Shown piece by piece: positions 17,498-29,635 of a stretch of DNA of 64,000 nt (within the stretch, counting starts at the first letter, position 1; the number at the start of each line of letters is the position of its first letter). The stretch comes from an uncultured Acidimicrobiales bacterium. GTDB taxonomy: Bacteria > Actinomycetota > Acidimicrobiia > Acidimicrobiales > Ilumatobacteraceae. Under the pieces are notes generated by a model. The model made no database searches. It saw only the letters and a list, made by a program, of their open reading frames with translations, and was not told the DNA's origin. Location: assembly GCA_963798445.1 (NCBI GenBank), contig CAWCTH010000005.1, positions 14,506 through 78,505 of the forward strand, given 5' to 3'. A program made the position numbers and the translations under genes.

Positions 17498-18772
17498 GTG
17501 AGCCCCGTCCCGCCCAGCCTGCTACCCGACGGCGCCGGCATCTCGCCCGACGGCCGCCTGTCGATCGGCGGGTGCGACGTGGTCGAGCTGGCGGAGACGT
17601 TCGGCACGCCGCTGTTCGTCTACGACGAGGCCCACATCCGCACCCGATGCCGCGACGCGGTGGCCGCCTTCGGCCCCGGCAACGTCATCTATGCCACCAA
17701 GGCCTTCCTGTGCCTGGCCATGGCGCGCCTCGTGTACGAGGAGGAGCTGCTCCTCGACGTGGCCACCGGCGGCGAGATGCACGTGGCCCTGGCCGCCGGG
17801 GTGCCCGGCGACCGGCTCGTGCTCCACGGCAACAACAAGTCGATGGCCGAGTTGGCGACGGCGCTGCAGGTAGGGGTGCACCACGTCGTCGTGGACAGCT
17901 TCGACGAGCTCGACCGGCTGGAGCAGCTCCACGCCGATGGGCTCCCGGCGCCGCGGGTGCAGCTGCGCATCACGCCCGGCATCGAGGCCCACACCCACGA
18001 GTACGTACGTACCGGTCAGGCCGATTCCAAGTTCGGCTTCGGCCTCCTGGGAGGCGTGGCTGAGCGCGCCATCGAGCGGGCGCGGCGATCTGTTGCCGTC
18101 GAGCTGGTCGGCTTGCACACCCACATCGGCAGCCAGATCTTCGCCGCGGAGTCCTTCGCCCTGGCGGCCGAGGTCATGGCCCAACTGGTCGCCGCCCACG
18201 AACTGCCCACGCTCACGATGGGCGGGGGGCTGGGCGTGGCCTACGTGGAAGGCGAGTCGGCGCCCGACATCGCCGAGTGGGGGAAGGTGGTGCGCGAGGC
18301 GCTCGACGCCACCGGTGTACCGGTGCAGCTCATGGTGGAGCCCGGTCGGGCGCTCGTCGCCAGTGCCGCCGTCACGCTTTACACGGTGGGAACGGTGAAG
18401 GACATCCCGGGCATCCGGACCTACGTCGCCGTCGACGGCGGCATGAGCGACAACCCGCGCCCGGTCCTCTACGGCAGCGGCTACGAGGCCTTCCTGCCTC
18501 GTGAGACGGGGGCCGACCGGCCCCGGCCGGTGCGCGTCGTCGGCAAGCACTGCGAGTCCGGCGACGTGCTCGTGCACGCCGCCTTCGTTCCCGACGATCT
18601 GGCCGTCGGCGATGTCCTGTGCACCCCGGTGACCGGCGCCTACGGCCACACCATGGCGTCGAACTACAACAAGGTGCCGCGGCCGGCGGTGCTGTTCGTC
18701 GCGAACGGGGAGCCGCGGTTGGTGGTGCGCCGGGAGACGTACGACGATCTCACTCGTCTCGACGTCGGCTGA
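17498..18772 (+). CDS. lysA: diaminopimelate decarboxylase
   Basis: GTG at 17498. 'FGTPLFVYDE', 'YATKAF', 'HTHIGSQI', 'EPGRALVA', 'CESGD'. It holds the conserved position after argS. Confidence 0.9.
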   Translation: MSPVPPSLLPDGAGISPDGRLSIGGCDVVELAETFGTPLFVYDEAHIRTRCRDAVAAFGPGNVIYATKAFLCLAMARLVYEEELLLDVATGGEMHVALAAGVPGDRLVLHGNNKSMAELATALQVGVHHVVVDSFDELDRLEQLHADGLPAPRVQLRITPGIEAHTHEYVRTGQADSKFGFGLLGGVAERAIERARRSVAVELVGLHTHIGSQIFAAESFALAAEVMAQLVAAHELPTLTMGGGLGVAYVEGESAPDIAEWGKVVREALDATGVPVQLMVEPGRALVASAAVTLYTVGTVKDIPGIRTYVAVDGGMSDNPRPVLYGSGYEAFLPRETGADRPRPVRVVGKHCESGDVLVHAAFVPDDLAVGDVLCTPVTGAYGHTMASNYNKVPRPAVLFVANGEPRLVVRRETYDDLTRLDVG

Positions 18773-18789
18773 ACGCCTACATTCCGCTC

Positions 18790-20014
18790 ATGGGGACCGA
18801 TGTCAACGAGCTCGATCTTCCCTTCCTGGACCTGCCGAGTGTGCCGACCCGGGCCGAGGGACGCATGCTCATCGACGCCGCCCGCCGCGGTGACCACTGG
18901 TTGGTGCGAACTCCCGGCGGCTACCTCATCACCACCTACGAGGACTCGGTCGCGCTGCTGCGCGACCGGCGCTTCCACCAGTTCGCGGCCAAGCTGCCCG
19001 AGCTGGCCGGGCCCGACTACGCCGACTACTTCGCCAACAGCCAGCCGTCGATCCTCACCACCGAAGGCGACGCCCACGGCCGGCTGCGGCGCATCGTGGC
19101 GCCGGCGTTCACCCCGAAGGCGGCCGACCGTTACCGCCCGTTCATGCGCGAGGTGATGGACCGGCTGCTCGACCCCTTCGTGCCCACCGGACGCATCGAG
19201 CTGGTGCGCGACGTGTGCGAGCCCTATCCCATCCCCATCATCTGCCGGCTCCTGGGCGCGCCCGAGGACGACTGGAAGCTGTTCTCGCGGTGGGCGGCCG
19301 ACCTCCTGCGCATCTTCAACTTCAACTTCGCCGAGGACCTGCCGTTCATCAGGGCGGCCCGCGATGAGGTGAGCGCGTACGTCCGCGAGCTCATCGAGCG
19401 CCGGCGCCGCTCGCCCGGCGACGACCTTCTCACCGATCTCATCGCCGCCGAGGAAGCGGGCGACCGGCTGTCGACCGATGAGTTGCTGAGCATGGCGGTG
19501 GCGGTGCTGATCGCCGGCACCGACACCACGCGCAACCAGTTGGGGTGCACCGTGGCGCTGTTCACCGATCACCCGGACCAGTGGGCCTTGCTGGCCGACC
19601 ATCCCGAGCTGGCACCCCGGGCGGTGGAGGAGGCGATGCGCTACCTCGGCGCCATCGGCGGCACCGCCCGGTTCGCCAGCGAGGACGTCGAGTTCAAGGG
19701 CGTCCTGTTCCCCAAGGACACGACCATCTCCACCAGCTTCGCCGCCGCCAACAGGGACGAGCACGTTTTCGCCGCACCGGAGACCTTCGACATCACGCGC
19801 GAGTCGTCGTCGCCCCACCTGACCTTCGGCAGTGGCATCCACTACTGCCTGGGCGCGTGGCTGGCGCCGCGCCGAGCTGCAGGAGGCGCTGCCCATCCTG
19901 GCCCGGCGCCTGCCCGACCTGGCCGCCGGCGGCGCCATCGAATGGAAGCCCAACTCCGTCGGCATCTGGGGCCCGGCCCGTTTGCCGCTCACGTTCGGCG
20001 GAGGGCGCGCCTAG
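18790..20014 (+). pseudogene. cytochrome P450, split by a 1-nt insertion near 19867
   Basis: I-helix 'LIAGTDTTRN', 'EEAMRY' (ExxR), Cys loop 'FGSGIHYCLGAWLA'. It then continues in the next frame as 'RAELQEALPILARRLPDL...GIWGPARLPLTFG' (ORF 19832..20014). Confidence 0.8.
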
Positions 20015-20025
20015 CCTCAACCGGC

Positions 20026-21328
20026 GTGACGGACGTCGTGCGGGTCGGGGTGCTGGGTTGCGGCAACGTCGGCGGCGCGCTCGTGGCGCTGGTAGCGGAG
20101 CAGGCCGACGCCATCGAAGCCCGCACCGGCCTCCGCCTGGAGATCGCCGCCGTGGCCGTCCGGAACCTGTCCCGCGAGCGTGACGTCGAGCTCTCCGAGG
20201 GCGTGCTCACCCGCGACAGCGCGGCGGTGGTGGCCGACCCCGACATCGACATCGTGGTGGAGGTCATCGGCGGCATCGAGCCCGCCCGAGAGCTCATCCT
20301 GGCGGCGCTGGCGGCGGGCAAGCCGGTCGTCACGGCCAACAAGGAGCTGCTCGCCAACGTGGGCACCGAGGTGTTCGCCGCCGCCGCCACCGCCAACCGC
20401 GACCTCTTGTTCGAAGCCGCCGTCGCCGGCGGCATCCCCATCGTTCGGGTGCTGCGCGAGAGCCTGCGGGGCGAGCCCATCCGCCGGGTGATGGGCATCG
20501 TCAACGGCACCACCAACTACATCCTCACCAAGATGTCGCGAGGAGGGCGCCGACTACGGCGCCGCCCTCGGCGAGGCGCAGCGCCTCGGCTACGCCGAGC
20601 GCGACCCGACTGCAGACGTCGAGGGCTTCGACGCCGCCGCCAAGGCCGCCATCATCGCCGCCATCGCCTTCGGGGCGAGGGTGGTGGCCGGCGACGTCTA
20701 CCACGAGGGCATCAGCCGCATCACCCCCGACGACATCGCCGTCGCCCGCCGCCTCGGCTACGTCGTGAAGCTGCTCGCCATCTGCGAGCGCATCGACGGC
20801 CCGGCCGGCAGCACCGAGTTCTCGGTGGCCGTGCGGGTCCATCCCACGATGGTGCCCAACGACCATCCGCTGGCCAACGTGCGCGACAGCTACAACGCCG
20901 TGTTCGTCGAGGGCGGTGCGGTGGGCAACCTCATGTTCTACGGCCGGGGCGCCGGCGGCCGGCCCACCGCCAGCGCCGTGCTTGGTGATCTCATCGACGC
21001 TGCCGTGAACCTGCGCCAGGGCACTCACGGCCCGATGGGCTCGTTCACGCGGGTGCGCATGCGACCCATCGACGAGACGACGGCCGAGTACTACCTGCCG
21101 CTCGAGGTCGTCGATCGGCCCGGTGTCCTGCACGCCGTCACCGGTGCTTTCGCCAAGCACGACGTGAGCATCCGCAGCATGGAGCAGGAGGGCCACGCCG
21201 ACGACGCCCAACTGGTGTTCATCACCCACGAAGCGCGGGAGGCCGACGTGCAGGCGACGCTGCGCGACCTGCGTGACCTCGAAGTGGTGAAGCGAGTCGG
21301 GGGGCTGCTGCGAGTCGTCGGGACGTGA
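20026..21328 (+). pseudogene. hom: homoserine dehydrogenase, split by a 1-nt insertion near 20539
   Basis: 'VRVGVLGCGNVGG...GIVNGTTNYILTKMS' continues in the next frame as 'EEGADYGAALGEAQRLGYAERDPTADVEGFDAAAKAAIIA...'. A C-terminal ACT domain is present (ORF 20681..21328). Confidence 0.85.
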
Positions 21329-22695
21329 GGTACGTCTCCACCCGGGGGTCGGCGCCGGAGCTGGGATTCGCCGATGTGCTGCTGGCCGGGCTGGCCGTCG
21401 ACGGCGGCCTGTACGTCCCGACGTCGTGGCCGGCAATGCCGCCGCTGCGCCGTGACGTCAGCTATGCCACGACCGCGGCGGCGGTGGTGGCGCCGTTCAT
21501 CGACGGCGAGATCGACATCGGCACGTTGCGGCGCATGTGCGACGAGGCCTATGCCACGTTCCGGCATCCGGCGGTGTGCCCGCTCGTGCAGATCGGTCCC
21601 GACGACTGGCTGCTCGAGTTGTTCCACGGCCCCACGCTCGCCTTCAAGGACGTCGCCCTCCAACTGGTGGGCCGCCTCTTCGATCACGTGCTCGACCAGC
21701 GCGGCGAGCGCGTCACCATCATCGGCGCCACGTCGGGCGACACCGGTTCGGCCGCCATCAACGCCGTCGCCGGCCGCCGCAACATCGAGATCGTGGTGCT
21801 CTATCCGGACGGTCGGGTCAGCGAGGTCCAGCGCCGGCAGATGACCACCGTCGACGCCCCGAACGTGCGCACCGTCGCCGTGGAGGGGACCTTCGACGAT
21901 TGCCAGGACCTCGTGAAGGCCATGTTCGCCGACGAGGCGTTCCGCTCGCAGCACCAACTGGCTGCCGTGAACTCCATCAACTGGGTGCGGATCATGGCCC
22001 AGGTCGTCTACTACGCCACCGCGGTCAGCCACCTCGGCGGCGGGCCGGCGTCGTTCGCGGTGCCGACGGGCAACTTCGGCAACGTGCTGTCGGGCTGGGT
22101 GGCCCGCCGGATGGGCCTGCCGATCGACCGGTTGGTGATCGGCTCGAACCGCAACGACATCCTGTCGCGCTTCCTCCACTCGGGCATCATGGCGACCAGC
22201 GTCGTCGTCCCGACGCTCAGCCCCAGCATGGACATCCAGGTCAGCTCGAACTTCGAGCGCCTCCTGTTCGAGCTGAACCATCGCGACGGCGGCATGACGG
22301 CCGAGCAGCTGAACCGGTTCCGGGCCACGGGCTCGCTGACCGTGGAGCCCGATCAGCTCGAGATGGTGACGTCGGTGTTCGACGCCGCCCGCTTCGACGA
22401 CGAGGCCACGCTGGAGATCATCGCCACCACGTACGACGAAACCGGCATCCTGATCGACCCCCACACCGCCGTCGGCCTCGGCGCGGCGCGCGGTCCGGCC
22501 GGGCCCGGCGGCGGTGCCGATGGTCACACTGGCCACCGCCCATCCGGCCAAGTTCCCCGACGCGGTGGAGCGGGCTACGGGCATCCGACCCGCCGCTACC
22601 AGCGCACCTTGCCGACCTGCTCGACCGGCCCGAGCGCACCGTCACCCTGCCGAACGACCTGGCCAAGATCGAGGCGTTCGTCGCGCAGGCCGTAG
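21325..22695 (+). pseudogene. thrC: threonine synthase (long type), C-terminal 200 nt disturbed by about three 1-nt insertions (near 22492, 22593 and 22690)
   Basis: 'RYVSTRG...GGLYVP', 'LELFHGPTLAFKD' (PLP Lys). The C-terminus is read across three frames: 'GLGAAR | VRPGPAAVPMVTLATAHPAKFPDAVERATGIRP | ALPAHLADLLDRPERTVTLPNDLAKIEAFVAQA'. The TAG at 22693 is back in the starting frame. The GTG start overlaps the hom stop (GTGA). Confidence 0.85.
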
Positions 22696-22913
22696 TTCGG
22701 CGTTGCACGGCGGCATCCGCGGTCGATATCGTTGTGCCCGCTCGGCCCGGCCGAGCGCACCACTGGCGGATGGCGAACCCGGAGGGAGGGGTTCGTGCCG
22801 TCAGTTCCACCCGTTCCGCTTCGGTCACGTTCGCCATGGGCTCTGCCTGGTGGCGCGGTGACGAGGCAACGGGTACTCCCCGAAATCCCGGACCCACCGG
22901 AAAGAAGGTGCTC

Positions 22914-24862
22914 ATGAGCGTGGAGTCCACCGAGGCTCTGGAACGCTCGGTTCTCGAGGGCAAAGACCGCGAGCAGCTGCTGGCCATTGCCGCCGCGCTC
23001 GGCGTGAAGGCGACCTCGCGAGCCAAGAAGGCCGACATCATCGGCAAGATCCTGGAGCAGACCGGAAGCACCGTCACCGCTGACACCCCGGCGGCCACGA
23101 CGCCCGCGCCCCGAGCGCCGCGTGCCCGCAACGGCAGCAACGGCAATGGCCGGGCCAGGGCCGGTGCGACCGAAGCTCTGCCCGACACGGACACCAGCGA
23201 CGCGCTGGTCGCCGACGCGCAGGAAGCGGGCGCGCCCGCCGGCTACGGAGTCGACCCTCACCCGTCCCCTGGCCGACGCGACGGCCGACCCCGTGGCCGA
23301 CGTGACGCCGGCGGCGGCGCCGCCCGTCGACACCGATGGCGTCTCGGCGACCGAGCCCATGGCCGAGTGGGAGTTGGCCGTCGGGGCCGAGATCGAGCCG
23401 GCGAACCCCGGCAGTCACGGCGACGCCCACCACGATGGCGGCGGGGACAGCCGCGCCGCGACCCGCACCGACGAGCAGCCGCCGTCGTACCGACCCGGTC
23501 CGGGTCCTGGGTCGCCCGCCGGCGCGCCCGGTGACGGCGACGGCACCGGCCAGAGCAACCGCCGGCGCCGGCGCCGCAACCGCGACCGCAACCGGGCCGA
23601 CGGTCCCCAGGGCTCCGACCGCATCAACGACGCGGCCGTCGGGTCAGGGTCAGCCGTATCAAAGCCAGCAAGGTCAGGGTCAGCCGGCGCAACAGGGTCA
23701 GGGCCAACCCGCCCAGGAGACGTTCCAGGGCGAGCCGGTGGCCGTCGCGGGCTTCCTGGACCTTCGCGACGAGGGCTACGGCTTCCTCCGCGTGAACGGG
23801 TACCTGCCCAGCCGCGACGACGTGTACGTGTCGGTGAAGCAGACCCGCCAGTACGGCCTGCGCAAGGGCGATCACGTGACCGGCATGGCCCGTCCGGCCG
23901 GCCGGAACGAGAAGAACCCGGCGCTGCTGCGGATCGACACCGTCAACGATCAAGATCCCGAACTGGCCCGCACCCGGCCGAAGTTCGAGGACCTGACGCC
24001 GCTGTTCCCTGACGAGAAGTTGAAGCTCGAGGGGGGTGACCCCAACAACATGACGGCCCGCATCGTCGATCTCATCTCGCCGATCGGCAAGGGTCAGCGC
24101 GGCCTCATCGTGTCGCCGCCCAAGGCGGGCAAGACCACGATCATGAAGACGATCGCCATGGCCATCGAGCGCAACAACCCCGAGGTCAAGCTCATGGTGC
24201 TGCTCGTCGACGAGCGGCCCGAAGAGGTCACCGACATGCGCCGCACGGTGAAGGGCGAGGTCGTGGCGTCCACGTTCGACCGGCCGTCGGACGAGCACAC
24301 CCACGTGGCCGAGATGGCCATCGAGCGGGCCAAGCGCCTCGTGGAGATGGGCGAGGACGTCGTCGTGATCCTCGACGGCATCACCCGCCTGTCCCGCGCC
24401 TACAACCTCGCCGCGCCGGCCACGGGCCGCATCATGTCCGGCGGCATCGACGCCGGCGCCCTGTACCCGCCCAAGAAGTTCTTCGGCGCCGCCCGCAACA
24501 TCGAAGAGGGCGGATCGCTGACGGTGCTGGCGACGGCCTTGGTGGAGACCAACTCCCGCATGGACGACGCCATCTTCGAGGAGTTCAAGGGCACGGGGAA
24601 CATGGAGCTGCGTCTCGACCGCAAGCTGGCCGAGCGCCGGGTCTATCCGGCCATCGACGTGGATGCGTCGTCGACGCGCCACGAGGAGCTGCTGTTCGAT
24701 CGCAAGCAGCTGCAGATGGTGTGGAAGCTGCGCCGGGTGCTGTCGGGCCTGGCCGAAGGTGGGTCCGCCGAAGCCGGGTTGAACCTCCTCGTCGACCGGT
24801 TGAAGACGTTCCGCAACAACGACGAGTTCCTGGCCGAGATCGCCAAGCAACCGTCGATGTAG
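22914..24862 (+). pseudogene. rho: transcription termination factor Rho with a long disordered N-terminal insertion, read across three frames (shifts near 23247 and 23641)
   Basis: The Rho_N part is 'MSVESTEALERSVLEGKDREQLLAIAAALGVKATSRAKKADIIGKILEQTG', followed by a low-complexity insertion. The RNA-binding part starts at 'GFLDLRDEGYGFLRVNGY'. Walker A is 'PPKAGKTT', and the C-terminal region is 'RVYPAIDV'. Confidence 0.85.
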
Positions 24863-24901
24863 CCGGCGGCCGGCCGTCGAGCGAATTGCGGCGGCCGCCG
24901 G
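24863..24901 (+). terminator. GC-rich hairpin after rho (10-bp stem CCGGCGGCCG/CGGCCGCCGG, 19-nt loop), no U-tract
   Basis: Read directly. It starts immediately after the rho stop. Confidence 0.35.
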
Positions 24902-24937
24902 TAAACTCCCGCGTCCCTTTCGATCTGGAGAACTGCC

Positions 24938-25164
24938 ATGCAGGCTGACATCCACCCCGCCTACGACCTCACCACGGTGGTGTGCTCGTGTGGCAACACC
25001 TTCACGACCCGGTCCACCAAGACCGGCGACATCCGCGTCGAGCTGTGCAACGAGTGTCATCCCGTTCTTCACCGGCAAGCAGAAGCTGGTCGACAGCGGC
25101 GGGCGTGTCGAGCGCTTCCAGCGTCGGTACGGCCAGCGCAAGGGCGCCGAGCGCGAAGTCGTGA
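24938..25164 (+). pseudogene. rpmE: 50S ribosomal protein L31, split by a 1-nt insertion at 25061-25064 (a second shift before the TGA at 25162 is likely)
   Basis: '[42 protein letters not shown]' continues in the next frame as '[27 protein letters not shown]'. Confidence 0.8.
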
Positions 25165-26151
25165 CCCCCGACCCGCAGCGCCGCGCCGCGCTGCTCGGCC
25201 TCAAGCTCGGAGCCCTCGTCCGCGATCATGCGGATGGGGGTCCCGCCGTTTTGGGCCCGTTCGGCGCCGGCGCCGCGTTCGACTCGCGATGGTGAGGCGT
25301 GGGTGCTGGCCGACGAACGGCCCGAGCGGATCCTGGGGCCGGCACTGGCCTGGGCCCGCCAGCAAGGCGTCGACGACGTCGTGAACGTGGTCGTCGATGA
25401 CCCGGCGGCGGCCGGCCTGGTAGCCCGGCGCGCCGCCTACTTCACCAGTCCGCCGGCGGTGTGGCGGGTCGACGGTCGTGCCCTCGTGGCGGCCGAGCCC
25501 ACCCCGGTGGAACCGCCGGTGGCGGTCGTCGATGACCGTCTCTCGTTGGTGACCCTGATCGAGGAAGCCGGCGCCGAGCCGGTCGTGGAGCACGGGGTCG
25601 TCGCCGGCGAGGTCGCCGGCCTGGAGGTGTGCCGGGCGGTGCTCGATCCGTACCTCGACGTCACCCGGCTCGAGGTCGGCGTCGGCGCCCATGACCGGGA
25701 GGCCTTCCAGCTGGTGCACGGCGACGTGCCCCCGGCCGAGGCCCTGGCCGATGTCGTCGCCACGGTCGCGGAGCACCGCCGGCCCGGCGCCGACCCGCAT
25801 CCTCTGAACCGGCTGAACGCCGAGCGGCTGCTGCGGTGGCGCCTGATCGAGGAGCCGCATCTCGTGGGCGCCCTCGTGCTGGAGGCGGCCCCGCCGCCGG
25901 TGCCCCGAGCCAACCTGAAGGACCCGGTGCCGTGCGTCGCCGTCGGGGTCGATGCCGGCGGCGAGCCCGTGGTCGTGGTGGCGTCGGTGGGCATCGACCT
26001 CGACCTCGTCCCCTTCGCCGCCGACGCCCGCCATGCCATCGGGCTGGACGGGGCCAGACTGCTGCTGGCGGTGCCCGAACGCGACGATCACCCGGTCACC
26101 CGGGCCCTCGCCGCCAAGCTCCGGAATCCGGCCGAGGTCGTGACGGTCTGA
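25161..26151 (+). CDS. conserved-looking hypothetical protein (start uncertain; possible 1-nt insertion near 25287)
   Basis: ORF 25228..26151 has protein-like sequence from '[27 protein letters not shown]' onward. The stretch upstream reads as protein only in the preceding frame ('[36 protein letters not shown]') from GTG 25161, which overlaps the presumed rpmE stop (GTGA). I recognise no family. Confidence 0.5.
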
Positions 26152-26172
26152 GGGACGCGGTGATCGCTCGCG

Positions 26173-26667
26173 CTACAAGCGATAGGGCAGGCGCTGCACG
26201 CCGTCGGGCAGCCAGCCGTCGCTGCTGGCGATGGGGGCCGGCGGCACCGTTCGAGCGGCGACGCCGGCCACCACCGATGGATGCCACGGCGAAGGTAACG
26301 ATGCCGTCGGGGGCGGCAGGGTGACGACGCGGGCCACGGCGCGGCGGGGCCGGCCATGGTTGCGCACCACGATGCGGGGCCAGACGTAGGCCGCCTCGGC
26401 CGCGGCCAGTTCGGCGTCCTCCAACTCGGCGGCGGCGAGCTCCGCCGCCTCCAAGGCAACGTCGATTCGTCGCTGCCGGTACGTGGCGATCAGTCCGCCG
26501 ATGAGGAGCACCGCGCCACCGGCGATGGCACCGAGGGCGACCGGCTGGAGCGGGATGCCGGCGAGCGGGACGTCGGTCACGACGTCTCGATTCACCATCC
26601 CGCACCCGACGGCGCCGGCCCCGGCGATGGCGGTGCCGACGACGGCAACGACGGCGCTGCGCCTCAT
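26173..26667 (-). CDS. hypothetical membrane-anchored protein
   Basis: I trimmed the ORF to 'MRRSAVVAVVGTAIAGAGAVGCG'. There is a second hydrophobic helix 'ALGAIAGGAVLLIGGLIATY' followed by an Ala/Glu-rich helix. Confidence 0.45.
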   Translation of the reverse strand: MRRSAVVAVVGTAIAGAGAVGCGMVNRDVVTDVPLAGIPLQPVALGAIAGGAVLLIGGLIATYRQRRIDVALEAAELAAAELEDAELAAAEAAYVWPRIVVRNHGRPRRAVARVVTLPPPTASLPSPWHPSVVAGVAARTVPPAPIASSDGWLPDGVQRLPYRL

Positions 26668-26740
26668 GACCGTGCCTCCGGGCGCGCTCGAGGCGCAGTC
26701 GTGTAGATGAACATGGGTATCCGCCTTTCCCAGGGGTCGC

Positions 26741-26811
26741 CACGGACAGGTCGTGCCCCTGTCCGTGTCGCCCGCCGCCGCCTTGGTCAGCAACACCGCC
26801 GCTGACCAAGG
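26741..26811. other. two tandem perfect inverted repeats in the divergent region upstream of prfA
   Basis: First repeat: CACGGACAGG-7 nt-CCTGTCCGTG (26741-26767). Second repeat: CCTTGGTCAGC-9 nt-GCTGACCAAGG (26781-26811). Both are read directly. Confidence 0.6.
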
Positions 26812-26924
26812 CCCATGTCAGCAGGTCGGTCACGCTCCGTACATGGGCCTAGCGGATCAGTCACTTAGCGCGGTTGGACGGTAGCCGGCGGCGCGGGCCG
26901 CTCGGGCCTCTAACCTGGTGTGAT

Positions 26925-27988
<1,064 letters not shown>

Positions 27989-27992
<4 letters not shown>

Positions 27993-28876
27993 CGGTGACC
28001 TGGCGCCAGCTCTGGATCGAGACGGCTGAGGCCCTGCGCGACGCGGTCGGAGGCCGGCCCGATGCCGCCAACGAAGCGCGGTGGCTGTGCGAGGAGGTGT
28101 CCGGGGCCGGCGGGGCAGAGTGGATGGCCCAGCTCGACACGGCGGCCACCGCCGGATCCGTTGCCCGCCTCGACGCCATGGTGGCGCGACGCCTCGCGGG
28201 CGAGCCGCTGCAGTACGTCATCGGGTCGTGGGCGTTCCGCCACCTGGACCTGATGGTGGACCGCCGGGTGCTCATCCCCCGGCCCGAGACCGAGCTCGTG
28301 GTCGACGTCGCCCTGGCCCGCGCCGCCGCCATGCCCCGCCCCATCGTGGTGGCCGACTTGGGAACAGGCTCGGGCGCCATCGCCCTGGCGTTGGCCTACG
28401 AGCTGCCGTTGAGCGGCGTCGAGGTGTGGGCGACCGACAAGTCCGGCGGGGCCCTCGACGTGGCCCGGGCCAACCTCGCCGGTCTCGGCCGCTCGGCCGC
28501 CAACGTCAGGATGGCCCAAGGAGATTGGTTCGGGGCGCTGCCCGCCGACCTGGAGGGGCGCCTCGACCTGGTGGTCTCCAACCCCCCGTACGTGGGCACC
28601 GGCGAGCCGTTGGACGACGCCGTACGCCGCTTCGAGCCGGTCGAGGCCCTCTTCGCCGGCCGGGACGGACTCGACGCCATTCGCATCCTGGTAGCTGGGG
28701 CGGCGCGGTGGCTGCGGCCCGGCGGCGCCCTGGTCGTGGAGATCGGTGCAGGTCAGGGGCGGCCCGCCTCCGATCTGGCGCGGGCGGCCGGGCTGGTCGA
28801 GGTCGAGGTGGCGGCCGACCTCGCGGGACGTGACCGGGTCCTCACCGCCGTCCGGGCCGGCGCATCGGTTTGCTGA
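27989..28876 (+). CDS. prmC: release-factor glutamine N5-methyltransferase
   Basis: The start overlaps the prfA stop (GTGA). It has the SAM motif 'VADLGTGSGAIA' and the catalytic 'SNPPYV'. Confidence 0.85.
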
Positions 28877-28906
28877 GCAGTCGCTGTTTGGCTAGCTTTA
28901 CACCCG

Positions 28907-29092
28907 ATGGCGCTCATCTGTCACTGCCGCCTCATCTCGGACCGCCAGGTCATCGCCGAGATCAGCAGTGGCGCGTGCACGGTCGAGGACGTCCAGGCCC
29001 GGTGTGGGGCGGCCACCCGCTGCGGCGGCTGCTTGCCGGCCATCGAGATGCTCGTAGCTGCCGTGGGCGAGCCCGTAGCGGCGATGGCCTAG
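28907..29092 (+). CDS. bfd: bacterioferritin-associated ferredoxin, (2Fe-2S)-binding
   Basis: 61 aa. 'MALICHCRLISDRQV...ARCGAATRCGGCLP' shows the four-Cys pattern typical of Bfd. It lies directly upstream of bfr. Confidence 0.8.
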   Translation: MALICHCRLISDRQVIAEISSGACTVEDVQARCGAATRCGGCLPAIEMLVAAVGEPVAAMA

Positions 29093-29119
29093 TCCGCACC
29101 ACGGTTACCATCGCTGGTC

Positions 29120-29588
29120 ATGCAGGGTGACCCGGCCGTTCTCGAGCTGCTCAATGATGTGCTGACGGCGGAGCTCACGGCGGTGAACCAGTACTTCCTC
29201 CACGCCAAGCTGTGCCACCACTGGGGCTACGAGCGGCTGGCGGAGACGATCCGCTCCGAGTCGATCGACGAGATGCGTCACGTGGAGCGCCTCACCGACC
29301 GGATCCTGTACCTCGACGGCATGCCGAACTACCAGCGACTCTTTTCGGTCGCGCGTCGGTGAATCGGTGCGGGAGCAGTTTGAGCTGGACCTGCAGACCG
29401 AGCGGGAGGCCATCAAGCGGCTGAACGACGGCATCGCCGCCTGCGTGGCGGTGGGCGACAACGGCAGCCGGGAGCTGCTGGCGCACATCCTGGTCGACGA
29501 GGAGGAGCACGCCGACTGGCTGGAGACGCAGCTCGAGGCCATCGGCCAGATCGGTATCGAGAACTACCTCGGCGAACAGCTCCACTGA
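29120..29588 (+). pseudogene. bfr: bacterioferritin, split by a 1-nt insertion near 29351
   Basis: '[30 protein letters not shown]...[12 protein letters not shown]...NYQRLFSV' continues in the next frame. The continuation is '[25 protein letters not shown]...[13 protein letters not shown]'. Confidence 0.85.
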
Positions 29589-29635
29589 CGCTACGGGCCG
29601 ACCGGCGCTCGCAGTCGGTCCGCCGCCGCCCTGGG

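Noticed and set aside
22696-22913. Searched the thrC-rho gap for a decayed thrB.
   Set aside because: The gap is only 218 nt. The translations in all frames show no GHMP-kinase-like motif, and the gap most likely holds the rho leader or promoter.
22480-25300. Programmed ribosomal frameshifting or recoding as an explanation for the frame changes in thrC, rho and rpmE.
   Set aside because: There are too many events, in unrelated genes on both strands, with no shared slippery heptamer, stimulatory structure or in-frame stop of the prfB type. Every site is a simple extra C or G. Sequence error, or less likely decay, is the more economical explanation.
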